A DNA stretch of 63,700 bases, filler included, from Reclinomonas americana ATCC 50394 (GCA_048213135.1; 6 parts of 3 records of this genome joined end to end with filler, not necessarily neighbours in it); one strand, 5' to 3'; counted from the whole stretch's first letter, positions 1-17,846 are shown. Notes: a model not told the origin generated them from the letters alone. Program-made: numbers and translations.

Positions 1-580
1 AACATAACGAGAAGGGAATGCAAAGCGAGAATGCGCAGAGAGAGAGAGAGAGAAAGCAGAGTCTGTGAAGAATGCATTGAGAGGAAGACAGGAAGGGGAA
101 CGCAAAGACAAAGAGGAGCGGAGAGCAGCGACAGGGCAAGAGAGTGTACATGCAGGAGAAGAAGAGAGAACAGCAAAGACAGAGGGAGACACTGTGAGGC
201 ATGCAGAAGAACATGCACACACACAGAGTCAAGTCCCACCAACACCGCACCTGCATCATCCTCAGCGACTGCACGCACACACACGCACAGTGAGAGACAG
301 GTGATGAAATGAGAGGGAAAATCACACTGAAGCACAATGCACGCAACTGATTCGATTGACTTCTGCTCTCATCTCATGTCGCACAGAGTCGAGGTCTTTG
401 CCAAGTCGCTGCTCGACCTCTTGACGCACCTTTTGTGAAGAGAGTCAGAGAGTGAGAGAAGACGTTCTTTTCTCTCTTTGTGTGAGGGTGACTGACCATG
501 CGAAAGGTGACTTCCACTGCAGGATCTGCGCGCAACTCGCGCACAACAGCGCGCAGCACTGTCACTGTCTCCTCGTCCAT
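1..580 (-). CDS. DEK C-terminal-domain protein, 5' part (spliced; probably runs off the window start)
   Basis: ATG at 580. Spliced translation MDEETVTVLRAVVRELRADPAVEVTFRM|VRQEVEQRLGKDLDSVRHEMRAEVNRI fits the DEK_C pattern (vT.r.vR..le..lG.DL). Next donor GTTGCG at 347. Confidence 0.6.
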
Positions 581-870
581 TGTGAAAGAGACAGCGATGA
601 GAAAGAGACTGAGGGTTACCGAGCGCGGATTTTCGCAATATGCGAGGTAACTCTTCAGCAAAGCATGGGAAAGCGATCGCTGAATTGAGAGTTGCGTAGA
701 ATACGCGCAGTGAGCAGAAGGCGGCGAGCAGGCGGATTGACACAAGCCGGGGCGCGCACAAGTCGGTACACATTGCAAGCACGGTAACCCTGCAGTTTCT
801 GCAGGTTCGGCGCAATTTGGATTTGTCCACTATAACTTCTCGCAGTCCACGCAGCGCACATAAACATTTG

Positions 871-4907
<4,037 letters not shown>

Positions 4908-5114
4908 TCTTTGTGTTTTTGATTTGTGTTTTTTTGGTATCTGGCATTTTAAAAAATAGAAAGAAAGTATATATATTCTTTTAGAAAAAAGGTATTCATC
5001 ATCATCGACATCATGAACTCTCGAGAGCTCTCGAGATGGCCGACGAGCCGATCACCAACAGGTGGCGTCCCACGCAAGGAAAGCAATTTCATGCAGGTGA
5101 CCCTCACATCACAA

Positions 5115-5170
5115 ATGATCAGGTGAGCGATCGCTTTCCCTCCTGCTCTGCTGACACGCTGCTCTCACGC

Positions 5171-5219
<49 letters not shown>

Positions 5220-6270
5220 CGAAACAGTCATATCGTTCCTCGGTCAGTCCCTCCCTCCCTCTCCCTCCCTCTCCCTCTCCCTCTCCCTCACTCCCTCTCA
5301 CCCAGGCTGCGGCAACATGAGCGGCGCACTTGTCCGCGGCCTCGTGCGCGCAGGCACCGTGGCGCCCACCCAAATCCACATTGTCGGGCGCACCGAGGTA
5401 CACACCGCGCCACTGGCCGAGGAGCTGACAGGCGTGCACGTGGCACCTTCCACAGTCGCCGCCTGCGAGGCCTGCTCCGTGGCCGTCATCGGTGTCAAGC
5501 CAGACGCCGTCGCCACACTGCTGGACGAGTGCGGTGGCAGCTTGAGCGGGCGACTGGTGATCTCGATTGTGGCGGGCATGTCGATTGCGGGTCTGGAGGA
5601 GCGGTTGCCGGAGGATGCGCGCGTGGTGCGCGCCATGCCGAATGTGTGCTGTCAGGTGGGCCAGGCGGCGACAATGATTGCGCCGGGGAGTAGGTGCACG
5701 GCGGAGGATGTGCAGATGGCCAAGGCGATGTTTGAGAGCGTGGGCACGGTGCATCTGCTGGACGAGTACAAGATTGTTGCGCGCGAAGGATCGATCGGAA
5801 GTTCTTTGCATGAGAGGTGCTTACTGACGTGTTGTCGCAGAATGTGTTTACGGGGCTCGTGGGCAGCGGTCCGGCGTACGTGTTCACGTTCATTGAGTCG
5901 CTGGCGGCTGGCGGAGTGCTGCGTGGCCTTCCGCCTGCACTGGCCACCGAGTTGGTCACCCAAGTCGTGCGTCGCGTGCTTGCTGCGTGCGTGTGTGAGG
6001 GTGTGTTGAATGGGTGCGTGCAGGTCCTCGGGGCGGCGACCATGGTGAAGAGCTCCGGACAGCACCCTGCGGCGCTGCGTGATGCAGGTGCGCCATATTG
6101 CCTGTGTAAGGTGTGCATTTGGGTGATCTTACGACGAGTTGCGCGCAGTGACGAGTGCCGGTGGAACCACGATTCATGGCCTGCATGCGCTGGAGGAGGG
6201 TGGCTTTAGAGCGGCGTGTATGAATGCGGTGAATGCGGCGTCTGCGCGTGCCGCTGAGTTGTTCAAGTGA
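5115..6270 (+). CDS. PYCR: Pyrroline-5-carboxylate reductase
   Basis: Exons 5115-5122, 5220-5242, 5306-5775, 5841 onward. Motifs [47 protein letters not shown] at 6268-6270. Confidence 0.93.
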
Positions 6271-6478
6271 AAGCGAGTGGATCAATGCAGGGAAATAACG
6301 GAACGGCAGCAGTTCACGGGTTAGCACAGGCAGGGAGCATAGATTAAAGGCCAAATGGTGTGCTGTGTCAGCCTGGTCCACCAAGCACTTCGAGCCTCCA
6401 AGCCAACGACTTGACGTGTCCTGCAGTCACACTCGTCATTCAGGCCGGCCATCGATCCGTCGCGTGTGCAGACGACGG

Positions 6479-9400
6479 ATGTCGGGGAGAGAAGGCCCAT
6501 CTACTGCCGCTGGTGCTGCTGCTTCGCCGGCAGCCCGTCGGGTGTTTCACCTTGCTTCTAGATTGGAGGGCCCCCCGCTGGATCACACGCCAGTTGATAC
6601 AAGAATCCCGCACTCTCCTGGACTGCGCGCGGACGATCCCACATTGGGACCTGTGCGCGTGGCAGTGTGTGGCGCGAACCTGGATGCGCAGGCAAGCATG
6701 CGAGCGCTCATGATTGCAATGATGCTTGCGATCTTACTCGTTTCTGCTGTGACCAGAGTGTGATTGACAAGGTGGGCGACGACGAGGTTCTGCAAGTTGA
6801 GGCCGCGTTTATGGCGGCAGACTTGGTGAATATTGATCGTGCGAGGAAAGTGCTCCGGTTGCGTGTCTCTGCTCTTTTGCTTGCATTCTTGATCATCTAA
6901 ATCCGTCTGACAACTTGTCTTTCCCTTTCACCTGCACGCAGCGCGCTGATTATCAAGCGCAGAATGTTGCACAGTTGCGTTCGCAACGGTGAGCCGTTGC
7001 TGCACCGCATCGTCATGCGGAACAACAGAGACGTGAGTGTCTGCGTTTCGGCTTCCTCTGTTATGCCTGGACGCTCACCCTTGCCTCCGCAGCTTGTCCA
7101 CGAGATGCTGTCACTCGGAGGCAATGCCGACGAAACCATCAAGGAGGCCATTGTTTCGTGCATACCATGCACCCACAGCGTTCGTGCTCGCTCGTATGTT
7201 GACGTCGTTTGTGTCGTGCAGCGCACTGGCAACGAGGAGGCGGCTCTCGAATGCACGCAGATGGGAATCAACGTATACATGGTTGACGAGAGCGACGGCA
7301 ACTCGCTGCTGCAGTTGGTGAGCCACGCACATTGTTTGTTGAGAATGCTGGTTCGCATTTGGCTCACATGCCTGTTGAGTGCAGATTGCACTCCACAGAT
7401 TGCCTGTCTTGTTCGACACGATTCTGCGGCGTCTGACCGACAGTGAACGCAACCGCTTTCGCACTGTGGCTGCGTATCTGGCGCACAGAAACTATGCAGG
7501 CGCCAACGTGGTGCACTGCATTGTTGATCGCGAGGAACGGTAAAGTGCCTGTGTTGGCATATATGGATCTGTGCGCTGCTCACTTTTCTGTGCAGCTCGC
7601 TGATGGAACGATTCGACGATTCGCACAGCACTGCCGCCGCAAGTGCTGCTGCTCGGTCGTCCTCCTCTCCACAGTTGCACATGGTGCGTTCACTGAAGCA
7701 GCTGGACGAGAAACAATTTGGCGAGTTGGTGAGTGGATGCATATTCTGAACGTTGGCCAGGAACGCTTGCCTATTACTTCTTCTCGCTCGCATAGTGTAA
7801 CGTGGAGGACAACCAAGGATGTGTGCCGCTCGAACTTGCATCGATGGAGTGCGCCGAGATGTTGACACCGTACACTCACAAGGTACACGCTACCCCTGTG
7901 CGCGCTCATGCATTGCTCTTTGTTTCATCCCATGCTGATCTGCTGCTCTCCAACGACCTCTGCGTCCGTCATCACATCAGTCACCGACTCGTCTGAGAAG
8001 CGGTGAACAGTACTCTCTGGAGCCGTTCATCCACTCGCAGCAATACAGGGTCCGTGGTTTGTATGACCCGCGCGATGCACGTGTTGTTCTGCTTACCTTT
8101 CGCGGTCCACAGTACGTGCTGGAGGTTTTGGAGATGCCGGAGAATGCAGGATCGCGGGGTGAAGTCACGTTGATTGCAGCCGGCAGCGACAAGCATGAGC
8201 CGTTGCTGAGGTTTGTGATTAGCCGACCGCATGGTGATTTCTCACTTCCAGGTCCCCTCACAACACCATGTAAACCAGAGAGCTTTTGAGGCGCTTCGTG
8301 GACTGTGTCGAATGGCGCCGAGACGATGGCTTCCAACCGCTTCATGTGGCAACTGCATCCTCGGCACATCAGGTAACGTTGACACTCTCTTAACTCACGC
8401 CTCTCTTCCTGACTTGGCAATGTGTGCGCAGTGTGTGGCGACGCTGCTCGAGTTTGGTGCGAGTGCCGATGCTGAAGATGCACAGGGCGACACGCCAGTA
8501 TCGTTCTCTGTCGAGCTGGGCGACGAGCGAACGTTTGAGATGCTTTCCGTCAGAAGTGCGTGTTTGCCAAGTGACTGGCCACGCAGTCTCTTCACTGACT
8601 CTCACGGTGGTCGCACGTGCCCATAGGTCGGCGCCTGTACGAACGTGACAAGTCGCACGAAACACTGCTGCATGAAGCTGTGGCTACGGGCAGCCTTGGA
8701 ATCATGCAACGACTTCTCAGTGGATTCAAGAGCAGCACCAGCTTCAAGACGGTTCACGACTTTGTGGTGGCCGGCGATGAGGACAACGTGACAGTATTGC
8801 ACTCGGCCATGTTTGCGGCGTTGCGTAAATCGTTGCAGTTGTGCGCATGCTTCACTGCGGATTGCTGACTGATGGTCTGAGGACGACAGGCGGACGCTAA
8901 AGGTGCACAGCAGGCGCATGCATCGACTAACCGAGGCTCCACTGGCACCGCGTAGCCGAGAGTCACTGTCGGTGCGATCTGGATTTCCGCTGTCGTCGCC
9001 CTTGGACGACTCAATGACCAGTGAGGACATGGACGGTGAGTACACAGCTCGCTCTATTGCGTTCTGTTGCTCACAACACTGGCGCAGGTGCTGATCCACT
9101 TTACAGGGTGGATGTGGACCCTCCGCAACCCGCAGATGTCGAAAGACAGATAGAACTGTTGCGCGCTCTGTGGACGGGCGGACGATGTGGACCTGCAGAT
9201 GTGAGTCCGAAGCCGTGAGTCATGCCTATAGATTTCCAAAGTGGAGACTGACAGTACATGCGTCTTCTCTTGTTCCTCCTTGTGTGTTGCGACAGCTGTT
9301 GCTTGGCGATAACAGCGGCAGTCTGCCTGTTCACTACGCAGCCAAGGCAGGCGATGCAGCTTCTGTGGAGTTCATGCTGGTCGAGGGGCGAGTGACCCCC

Positions 9401-12400
9401 GATGTGCGCATGAAGAAGCCTGCAAGAGTAGGGGCGACTCCGCTGGGCATCGCGGCTGCGTCGCGACACGCAGAAGTAGTGCGGGTGCTTCTGCAGCACG
9501 GTGCTGGTGTGGATGTGCCGGATGCCTTGGGTCGACGTCCGTTGTACCTGGCGTGCAAGTCTGGTGTGTCTGCAAGACATTCACTTGCTGCAAGGTTGAG
9601 CTGCCTGCCTGTCTCATATCCGTGTGCGTGCAGGAGCAATCGAGTGCGTGCGATTGTTGCTCGAGGCCGGTGCCGCAATTGATGCAACTGTGTCCCGGAA
9701 GAAAGGTGGAGAGTTGACCGTTGTGGACGCCTGTGTTCATTGCCGGTATCCGCACGAGGCCAGTACTTGCCTCGAGATGCTGCTTAGGCAAGGTGAGATT
9801 CAAAGTAAGATGATGACATATGTGCTCAAACTCAAACGAGTGCTTCTCCTCGGGCGCCTTCTAGGTGTTCCACCCAGCATTCGGGCTAGAGTCATGGATG
9901 CCGACACTGGAAAAATTGTTGAAGACGTGAAGCGTACGTTGCTCTACTCCCGGGAAGGTGCACATGAGCTCGTGCAGGCAATGGAGGTGAGTCGAAGTCT
10001 TGTCCCACTCTCAAAACTAAACAAATTTGCTCATCAACGGACGAGCTCACACAAACTCCCTTTGAACCAGCAGGAAACAGCAAATATGGAGGTTCACTCA
10101 CCCATTCCATTTACACACACCCACGCACATACACTGAGTGCTCACACAACACGCGTCCATTTTCGCGCCATTTTCTCACTCACTCACACACTCACTCAAA
10201 CAGGGACGCGACTCGACCGAGCTGCGCACTGTTCTCCAACAGACCGTGCACAAGCAGCAACACCTCGAGCAAAACGTGCGCGCGTGGATGATTGTCATCG
10301 CGACTCCTCACAATCTCACTCTCCCTCACTCTCACTTATTTACACACAGACACGACTCACGGGACTTGTCGTCGGAGGCGCCGTGGTCATCCTCGCACTA
10401 GTCGCCCTGGTGTTCAATCACCAGCTGCGCAGCGTGCGACAGAGCATTGGTTAGTCACAGTCTCTCTCCTCCTCCTTCTCCTTCTCCTCCTCCTCCTCCT
10501 CCTCCTCCTCCTCCTCCTCCTCCTCCTCCTCCTNNNNNNNNNNNNNNNNNNNNNNNNNNNNNNNNNNNNNNNNNNNNNNNNNNNNNNNNNNNNNNNNNNN
10601 NNNNNNNNNNNNNNNNNNNNNNNNNNNNNNNNNNNNNNNNNNNNNNNNNNNNNNNNNNNNNNNNNNNNNNNNNNNNNNNNNNNNNNNNNNNNNNNNNNNN
10701 NNNNNNNNNNNNNNNNNNNNNNNNNNNNNNNNNNNNNNNNNNNNNNNNNNNNNNNNNNNNNNNNNNNNNNNNNNNNNNNNNNNNNNNNNNNNNNNNNNNN
10801 NNNNNNNNNNNNNNNNNNNNNNNNNNNNNNNNNNNNNNNNNNNNNNNNNNNNNNNNNNNNNNNNNNNNNNNNNNNNNNNNNNNNNNNNNNNNNNNNNNNN
10901 NNNNNNNNNNNNNNNNNNNNNNNNNNNNNNNNNNNNNNNNNNNNNNNNNNNNNNNNNNNNNNNNNNNNNNNNNNNNNNNNNNNNNNNNNNNNNNNNNNNN
11001 NNNNNNNNNNNNNNNNNNNNNNNNNNNNNNNNNNNNNNNNNNNNNNNNNNNNNNNNNNNNNNNNNNNNNNNNNNNNNNNNNNNNNNNNNNNNNNNNNNNN
11101 NNNNNNNNNNNNNNNNNNNNNNNNNNNNNNNNNNNNNNNNNNNNNNNNNNNNNNNNNNNNNNNNNNNNNNNNNNNNNNNNNNNNNNNNNNTTCTTCTTCC
11201 TCTTCCTCTTCCTCTTCCTCTTCCTCTTCCTCTTCCTCTTCCTCTTCCTCTTCCTCTTCCTCTTCCTCTTCCTCCTCCTCTTCCTCTTCCTCTTCCTCTT
11301 CCTCTCTCTCTCTCTTCTTCTTCTTCTCCTCCTCCTCCTCCTCCTCCTCCTCCTCCTTCTCCTCCTCCTCTCATCCATCCATCCACAGAGGAGGCCGCAA
11401 GCGGAGCTCCCGAGGGCCAGGCCGAGCTTCTTCAACGACTGGCGGAGCTGGAGAAGCAGCTGTCGGAGGAGAGGGCGCAGTGGGGCAAGTGGAAGGCTGA
11501 GCAGAGCAAGCAGGAGGAGGAGCAGGGCAAGCTGTTGGCCAAGTTGCAGGCGGCGGACAAGCGCGATGATGATCGCGATGCGCGGGCGGCGTCGTCGATT
11601 GAGGAGTTGCAGCGTGGGCTGGAGGGCATGGAGTTGAAGCTGCGCGAGGTGGAGGCCTCGGTGAGTTTTGGGGGAGGGAGAGAAGGATGAGGAGGAGAAA
11701 CTGATTGTGTGCGTGGTTGGCAGGCGGCGGCGGCGGCTGATGCTCAGAATGCGGAGGGCGGTGCAGTTGCGTGGGAGGATGAGGAAAGGGAGAAGGGAGA
11801 GAGAGAGCACGCGTCTGCCAGCGAGTGCCGCACACGTGCAGCACACAGCGAGTGCCACACACGAGCAGCACAGCGAGTGGCACACACGGGCGCACAGCGA
11901 GTGTCGCCCACACGAGCCCACAGCGAGTGCCACACACGGGCGCACAGCGAGTGCCACACACGGGCGCACAGCGAGTGGCACACACGAGCAGCACAGCGAG
12001 TGTCACCCACGAGCACACAGCGAGTGANNNNNNNNNNNNNNNNNNNNNNNNNNNNNNNNNNNNNNNNNNNNNNNNNNNNNNNNNNNNNNNNNNNNNNNNN
12101 NNNNNNNNNNNNNNNNNNNNNNNNNNNNNNNNNNNNNNNNNNNNNNNNNNNNNNNNNNNNNNNNNNNNNNNNNNNNNNNNNNNNNNNNNNNNNNNNNNNN
12201 NNNNNNNNNNNNNNNNNNNNNNNNNNNNNNNNNNNNNNNNNNNNNNNNNNNNNNNNNNNNNNNNNNNNNNNNNNNNNNNNNNNNNNNNNNNNNNNNNNNN
12301 NNNNNNNNNNNNNNNNNNNNNNNNNNNNNNNNNNNNNNNNNNNNNNNNNNNNNNNNNNNNNNNNNNNNNNNNNNNNNNNNNNNNNNNNNNNNNNNNNNNN

Positions 12401-14355
12401 NNNNNNNNNNNNNNNNNNNNNNNNNNNNNNNNNNNNNNNNNNNNNNNNNNNNNNNNNNNNNNNNNNNNNNNNNNNNNNNNNNNNNNNNNNNNNNNNNNNN
12501 NNNNNNNNNNNNNNNNNNNNNNNNNNNNNNNNNNNNNNNNNNNNNNNNNNNNNNNNNNNNNNNNNNNNNNNNNNNNNNNNNNNNNNNNNNNNNNNNNNNN
12601 NNNNNNNNNNNNNNNNNNNNNNNNNNNNNNNNNNNNNNNNNNNNNNNNNNNNNNNNNNNNNNNNNNNNNNNNNNNNNNNNNNNNNNNNNNNNNNNNNNNN
12701 NNNNNNNNNNNNNNNNNNNNNNNNNNNNNNNNNNNNNNNNNNNNNNNNNNNNNNNNNNNNNNNNNNNNNNNNNNNNNNNNNNNNNNNNNNNNNNNNNNNN
12801 NNNNNNNNNNNNNNNNNNNNNNNNNNNNNNNNNNNNNNNNNNNNNNNNNNNNNNNNNNNNNNNNNNNNNNNNNNNNNNNNNNNNNNNNNNNNNNNNNNNN
12901 NNNNNNNNNNNNNNNNNNNNNNNNNNNNNNNNNNNNNNNNNNNNNNNNNNNNNNNNNNNNNNNNNNNNNNNNNNNNNNNNNNNNNNNNNNCACACACGAG
13001 CAGCACAGCGAGTGGCACACACGAGCAGCACAGCGAGTGGCACACACGAGCAGCACAGCGAGTGCCACACACGAGCAGCACAGCGAGTGCCACACACGAG
13101 CAGCACAGCGAGTGCCACACACGAGCAGCACAGCGAGTGCCACACACGAGCAGCACAGCGAGTGGCACACAGCGAGTGGCACACGAGTGCCACACACGAG
13201 CAGCACAGCGAGTGCTACACATGAGCAGCACACAGCGAGTGTCACCCACGAGCGCACGCAGTGAGTGCCACACACGAGTGCCACACACGAGCGCACGTAG
13301 TGAGTGCCACACACACGAGAAACAGCGAGTGCCACACACGAGCCTCACAGCGAGTGCCACACACGAGCCTCACAGCGAGTGCCACACACGAGCAGCACAG
13401 CGAATGCCACGAACGAGCCACTCAACAAGTGTCGCACAAGCAACTCTTCGCCATGTGAATGAATTCCAACTCTGTCATTTTCTTCCCGCAGTCCCTCACC
13501 GAAATCGGCGAGCTGCGCCTCTCTGTGAACAAGGCGCTGGAGGCCAGCCAGGCTGCGCAGTCCAAGGCGTCCGAGCTGACCGAGCAGACGGCTCCGTTGA
13601 GCGCGCTGATCAAGGAGGAGAAGAAGCGCAGCAAGGAGATGCGTCAGTATGCTGGTGAGTGTGCAATCTTTGACCACCAGAAGAGGTTGGCTCTAAGCTT
13701 TCACTTTCTCCTCTTTACCCAGATCAACTGTACGAGCTGGAGAAGCGCTTCGTGCAGCAGGCGCACCGTGTCAACGACATTCAGGACCAGATCACCACCT
13801 TCTCGCAGACCGGTTTCGAGGACCCGAAGTGGGAGGAGGTCTACTTCCGCTTCGAGTTGATCGAGTTGCAGCTGAACAAGATCATGGGTTGCGTCGTCCG
13901 CCACCATTGCAGACTCCAGCTTCATCACTCCCTCCTCATCTTAATGACTGCCTTGCACAGCCGCGTACCGCAAGCAGCGCACCAACACCATGTTCTTGGC
14001 CGAGAAGCTGGAGACGTCGCTGCCGGAGGTCGACAGCGAAGTGAAGAACATGAGCGAGGTGGTGGAGGAGGCGCAGCGTGAGCGCAAGAAGGGCAAGTTG
14101 GTGAAGGTGGACGGCAGCGATGCCGGTGCCACTCCCGAGAAGCCGGCGGAGGAGGCGCCAGCTGCTGCTGCCGAGGCCCCGGCCGCGGAGACCAAGAAGG
14201 AGGAAGTCGCCGAGGCTGCGCCAGCGGCCACCGAGACCAAGAAGGAAGAGGCCCCTGCCGCTGCCGAGATCAAGGCGGAGGAGGCCCCGGCGCCGCCGAC
14301 GGAGACCAGCAAGCCGAAGAAGACCAAGGGCAAGAAGCAAAAGCAGGAGCTCTAA
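6479..14355 (+). CDS. Large multi-exon ankyrin-repeat protein with a single TM helix, coiled coil and Ala/Glu/Lys-rich tail (may be two genes)
   Basis: Ankyrin motifs GEPLLH, GNSLL, GDTPVSF, ETLLHEA, GSLPVHYAAK, GATPLGIAA, GRRPLYLAC. TM segment GLVVGGAVVILALVALVF (~10360-10415). Coiled-coil exons ~11389-11661 and 13492-14355. The start codon and continuity across two gaps are uncertain. Confidence 0.65.
11813..13410. repeat. Intronic ~25-bp minisatellite (cacacacgagcagcacagcgagtg[c/g]) spanning a gap
   Basis: Many tandem copies on both sides of the N-gap. Confidence 0.9.
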
Positions 14356-14514
14356 GCGAGCAGGTTCTTCCGCGGTCGTGGTTTGGTTGGGGGAGATGTG
14401 GAGAAACACAAAGAAGGGAGAGAAAGAAGCTATGGAATGAAGCCACATTTTGGTGTGCGCAGAGAGGAGAAGATGGGGGAGAGAGGTGGAGAGAAGGGGG
14501 TGCAGGGTGTGGGG

Positions 14515-14885
14515 TGCAGGGAGCACCAGCGAGCTGGCACAGGAGTGCGGGGAGCACCAGCGACCTGGTACTGAATACGGGGAGCAGCAGCGAGCTGGCA
14601 CAGGAGTGCAGTGCAGCAGCAGCGAGCTGGCACAGGAGTGCGGGGAGCAGCAGCAGAGCTGGCAGGAGTGCGGGGGGCAGCAGCAACAGGCACAGAGTGC
14701 GAGCGAGCAGCAGCAACAGGCACAGGAGTGCAGTGCAGCAGCAGCGAGCTGAACAAGGGTGCAGGGAGTACCAGCGACCTGACACAGGAGTGCGGCGAGC
14801 AGCAGCGAGCTGGCACAGGAGTGCGGGGAGCACCAGCGAGCTGGCACAGGAGTGCGGTGCAGCAGCAGCGAGCTGGCACAGAGTG
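14515..14885. repeat. ~30-bp minisatellite (gcagcagcgagctggcacaggagtgcgggga) between convergent genes
   Basis: About 10 degenerate tandem copies visible. Confidence 0.85.
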
Positions 14886-14975
14886 CACCGTTGCGAGTTG
14901 CTTCTCGCCCTTCGCGCCACATCCACAAAGACAAAAAACCACCGCACATGCCCAAAAATGGGCATACAAACACTT

Positions 14976-16593
14976 TCACTTTCTGCCCTTCAGCTCATCT
15001 GTCAGCCACTTCATGCCCTCTTCGACACCCTCGCCGGTGATGGCCACAGAGGGGCTGCATACAAGATAAAAGGCAACAAGAAAAACCTGTCAGTGCCTGT
15101 TATAATCATATGAATCGATGAGAGCACAACGCAACAAAATGTTCCAGCGGCGATCCACGAGCGGAGCCAACTCGAGGTTTTCCACCACTTCGTCGGGCGA
15201 CAGCGCGTCTGACCGGTCCATCTTGTTCGCAAAGAACAGAATTGGCACGCCCTTGGTCTCCTCGTGGGTGAGGATCTGCTTCAGCTCGTCCTTGGCAATG
15301 ACCATGCTGCGGGGGGTGGGGGGAAGGGGGCGGATCGCTGAGTGAGAGCAGGAGAGGGGAGAGAGAGACAGAGACAGAGACTGACATGTGCGCACAGAGG
15401 GGCATGACTCAGCGTTGCCAAGAGTGTGACAACAAGAAACGAGTGCATCGGGAGCAGAGGGAGAGGGAGGGGGCGAGAGAGAGAGAGAGAGAAGCGGTTG
15501 TGTGCTTATAGAGAGGGAGACAGTGACAACTCAACGTTGCGAATACAGCTGAGTATAACAACAAGAAAACGAGGTGCAATATGCCAACAGAGAGAGAGAG
15601 AGAGAGAGAGAAAGAGTGACGGTGAACACTGTGTTGCTGATTGTAGGAGAGGCAGAACAAGAGACGAGGCAAAATGTGTCGACTGAGAGAGTACAACTAC
15701 AGCGCACAACGAGAAATACACGTGGTGGTGGCGAGTCAACAAGCTTTTGGTGCAAGCAGAACGAGACGTGACCAAGAAAAAGCAGTCGCGCATAACCCAC
15801 TTTTCTGAGCGAAAGAAGCCAAAAAACAACGCAGAGCACGCGACACGACACACCAGGCATCGACAAGCACTTTCTATTCTAGCAGTCTGCCTGCCAGTCT
15901 GTCGCCTCTCTCATTCCTCTCTCTCCCTTCCCCCTAAGCTCTCTCTCGCTCCCTCCCTCTCTCCCTTCCTCCCTCCCTCCCTCTCACACTTCTTGCCTCC
16001 ATTGTCTCTGTGTCTCACTGTCTCTTTATCGCACTCTCTCACATATAACAGAGACACTCTTTGTCGTCATCGCTCTCCCTTCTCCCCTCCCTCTCCCTTC
16101 CCCCCTTCCTGCCATTCTCCTTCGTCCTAGTTTCTCTCACCCCCTGCCCACTCTCTCCCTCTTTTCTCTCTTTCTCTCTCCTTCTCTCTTACTCTCACAC
16201 TTCTTGCCTTCATTGTCTCTTTATCGCACTTCTCTGTCTCGCATACACACAAATATACAGAGAGACACTCTCTTTCTCGTCATCGCTCTCCGTTCTCCCC
16301 TCCCTCTCCCTTCCCCCTTGCTGCAATTCTCCTCTGTCCTTCTTTCTCTCACGCCCTGCCACTCTCTCTCCCTCTCTCTTCCCCCACCCTTCCCTTTTCC
16401 GCCACCCCACTCACCGGAACTTGTCGCTCGTGTCCACCACAAAGATGATGCCACTGACATCGCTATAGTAGGTCTCCCACAGCGAGCGATGCTTGAGACC
16501 GCCCGCCATGTCGTACACGGTAAAGTTGACGTTTTTGAACTTGAATCTCTCCACGGAGAAGCCCACGGTCGGCGCAATGTCCCTGGGTTGGTC
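14976..16593 (-). CDS. ARL6: ARF-like GTPase ARL6/BBS3, 5' exon(s) missing
   Basis: Exons 16593-16415, 15306-15136, 15054-14976: IAPTVGFSVERF..FTVYDMAGG..RSLWETYY..IIFVVDTSDKFRMVIAKDEL..VPILFFANKMD..WNIFPSVAITGEGVEEGMKWL. Confidence 0.85.
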
Positions 16594-17456
16594 CTGCAGA
16601 GGCAGGAGAGAGAGGGAGGGAGAGTGAGATGGAGAGAAAGGGAGGAGGGAATGAGAACAACAACAGTGAACGGGATGAGTGAGAGTGACGGAAAGAGATA
16701 GAGGAAGAGGGAATGAGGCAAGAGAGGAGGAGGAGGAGGAGGAGGGAAGGCGAAGATCAGAGCAGTCTGAGAGAGACCGTGTAAGCAAGACAGAGGCGAT
16801 GCAAAACAGAGGGAAGCGAGGGCCTGAGAGAGTGAGAGATGGAGAGAGAGTCTGTGAGAGTGGGAGTGGGAGTGCAAGTGTGTGCGATAGAGAGAAGGGC
16901 GGAAGAGAAAGAGTGAGTGCTCAAGACTGAGGCCATACGAAGGGGAATAGAGTAAAGTGAGTGAGAGTGACAGAAAGAGATAGTGAGAGAGGGGGAGGCA
17001 AGAGAAGGGGAGGGAAGACGAAGATCAGAGCACAGGGAGTGTCTGAGAGAGATTGTGAGAGAGTGACAGAACGAGACAAGGAAAGTGTACTCAACAGGGA
17101 ACGTGAGAGAGTAAGAGAGGTGAGTGTGTGCGTGAGAGAGAAGAGCGTGAGACAACCAGTGAGTGTGAGACAGAAAGCGTGTCAGAGAGAGTGTGCGTGA
17201 GAGTGTGTTTGTGTGAGAGAGTGAGAGAGACAACAAGAGTGAGAGGGAGAGAGAGGAAACAAGTGAGACAACACATTTTCTGTCTCTTTCCCTTTCTCTC
17301 TTCCCCCTCCCTCCCTCCTTTCCCCTCCCTTCCTCTCCCTCTCTCCCCCCTCTCCCTCTCCCCCCTCTCTCCTCTTCCTCTCTACCCCCTCTCTCTCTCC
17401 CTCTGTCTCATANNNNNNNNNNNNNNNNNNNNNNNNNNNNNNNNNNNNNNNNNNNN

Positions 17457-17468
17457 TTAATTAATTAA
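17457..17468. other. Artificial scaffold linker TTAATTAATTAA flanked by Ns (also at 38210-38221, 51356-51367, 55381-55392, 61304-61315)
   Basis: Identical six-frame-stop 12-mer embedded in N runs five times. Confidence 0.97.
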
Positions 17469-17512
17469 NNNNNNNNNNNNNNNNNNNNNNNNNNNNNNNN
17501 NNNNNNNNNNNN

Positions 17513-17846
17513 CGGCGAGGAAGTGCAGCGGCTGGTGGGTCACACTGCAGCGGTTTCGTCTGTGGCCATCACTCTCGACGGTCAGCACGTCGTAAGCGGG
17601 AGCGAGGACGGAACAGTGCGAGTTTGGTCCGCTCCGTATGGCCTCGCGCAGCGCGAACTGCACGCGGCGCGTTCAGCCATGCTGGCTGTGCAGGAGATGA
17701 AGCGGGAGGAGGCTGGCGCTGCCGCTGTGGAGGAAGGAGAGATCGACCCGCGCTGGCTGCCAGAGATGGCACTGCGCTGCTTCATCGTGGAGGAGGCTGC
17801 GGTGATTGTGCATCGATGCCTCGCTGATTTTTCCCAGTTCCTTTAG
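17513..17846 (+). CDS. 3' end of a WD40-family protein with conserved helical C-terminal tail
   Basis: GEEVQRLVGHTAAVSSVAITLDGQHVVSGSEDGTVRVWS followed by a tail homologous to that of 62183-63274. TAG at 17846. Confidence 0.8.
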
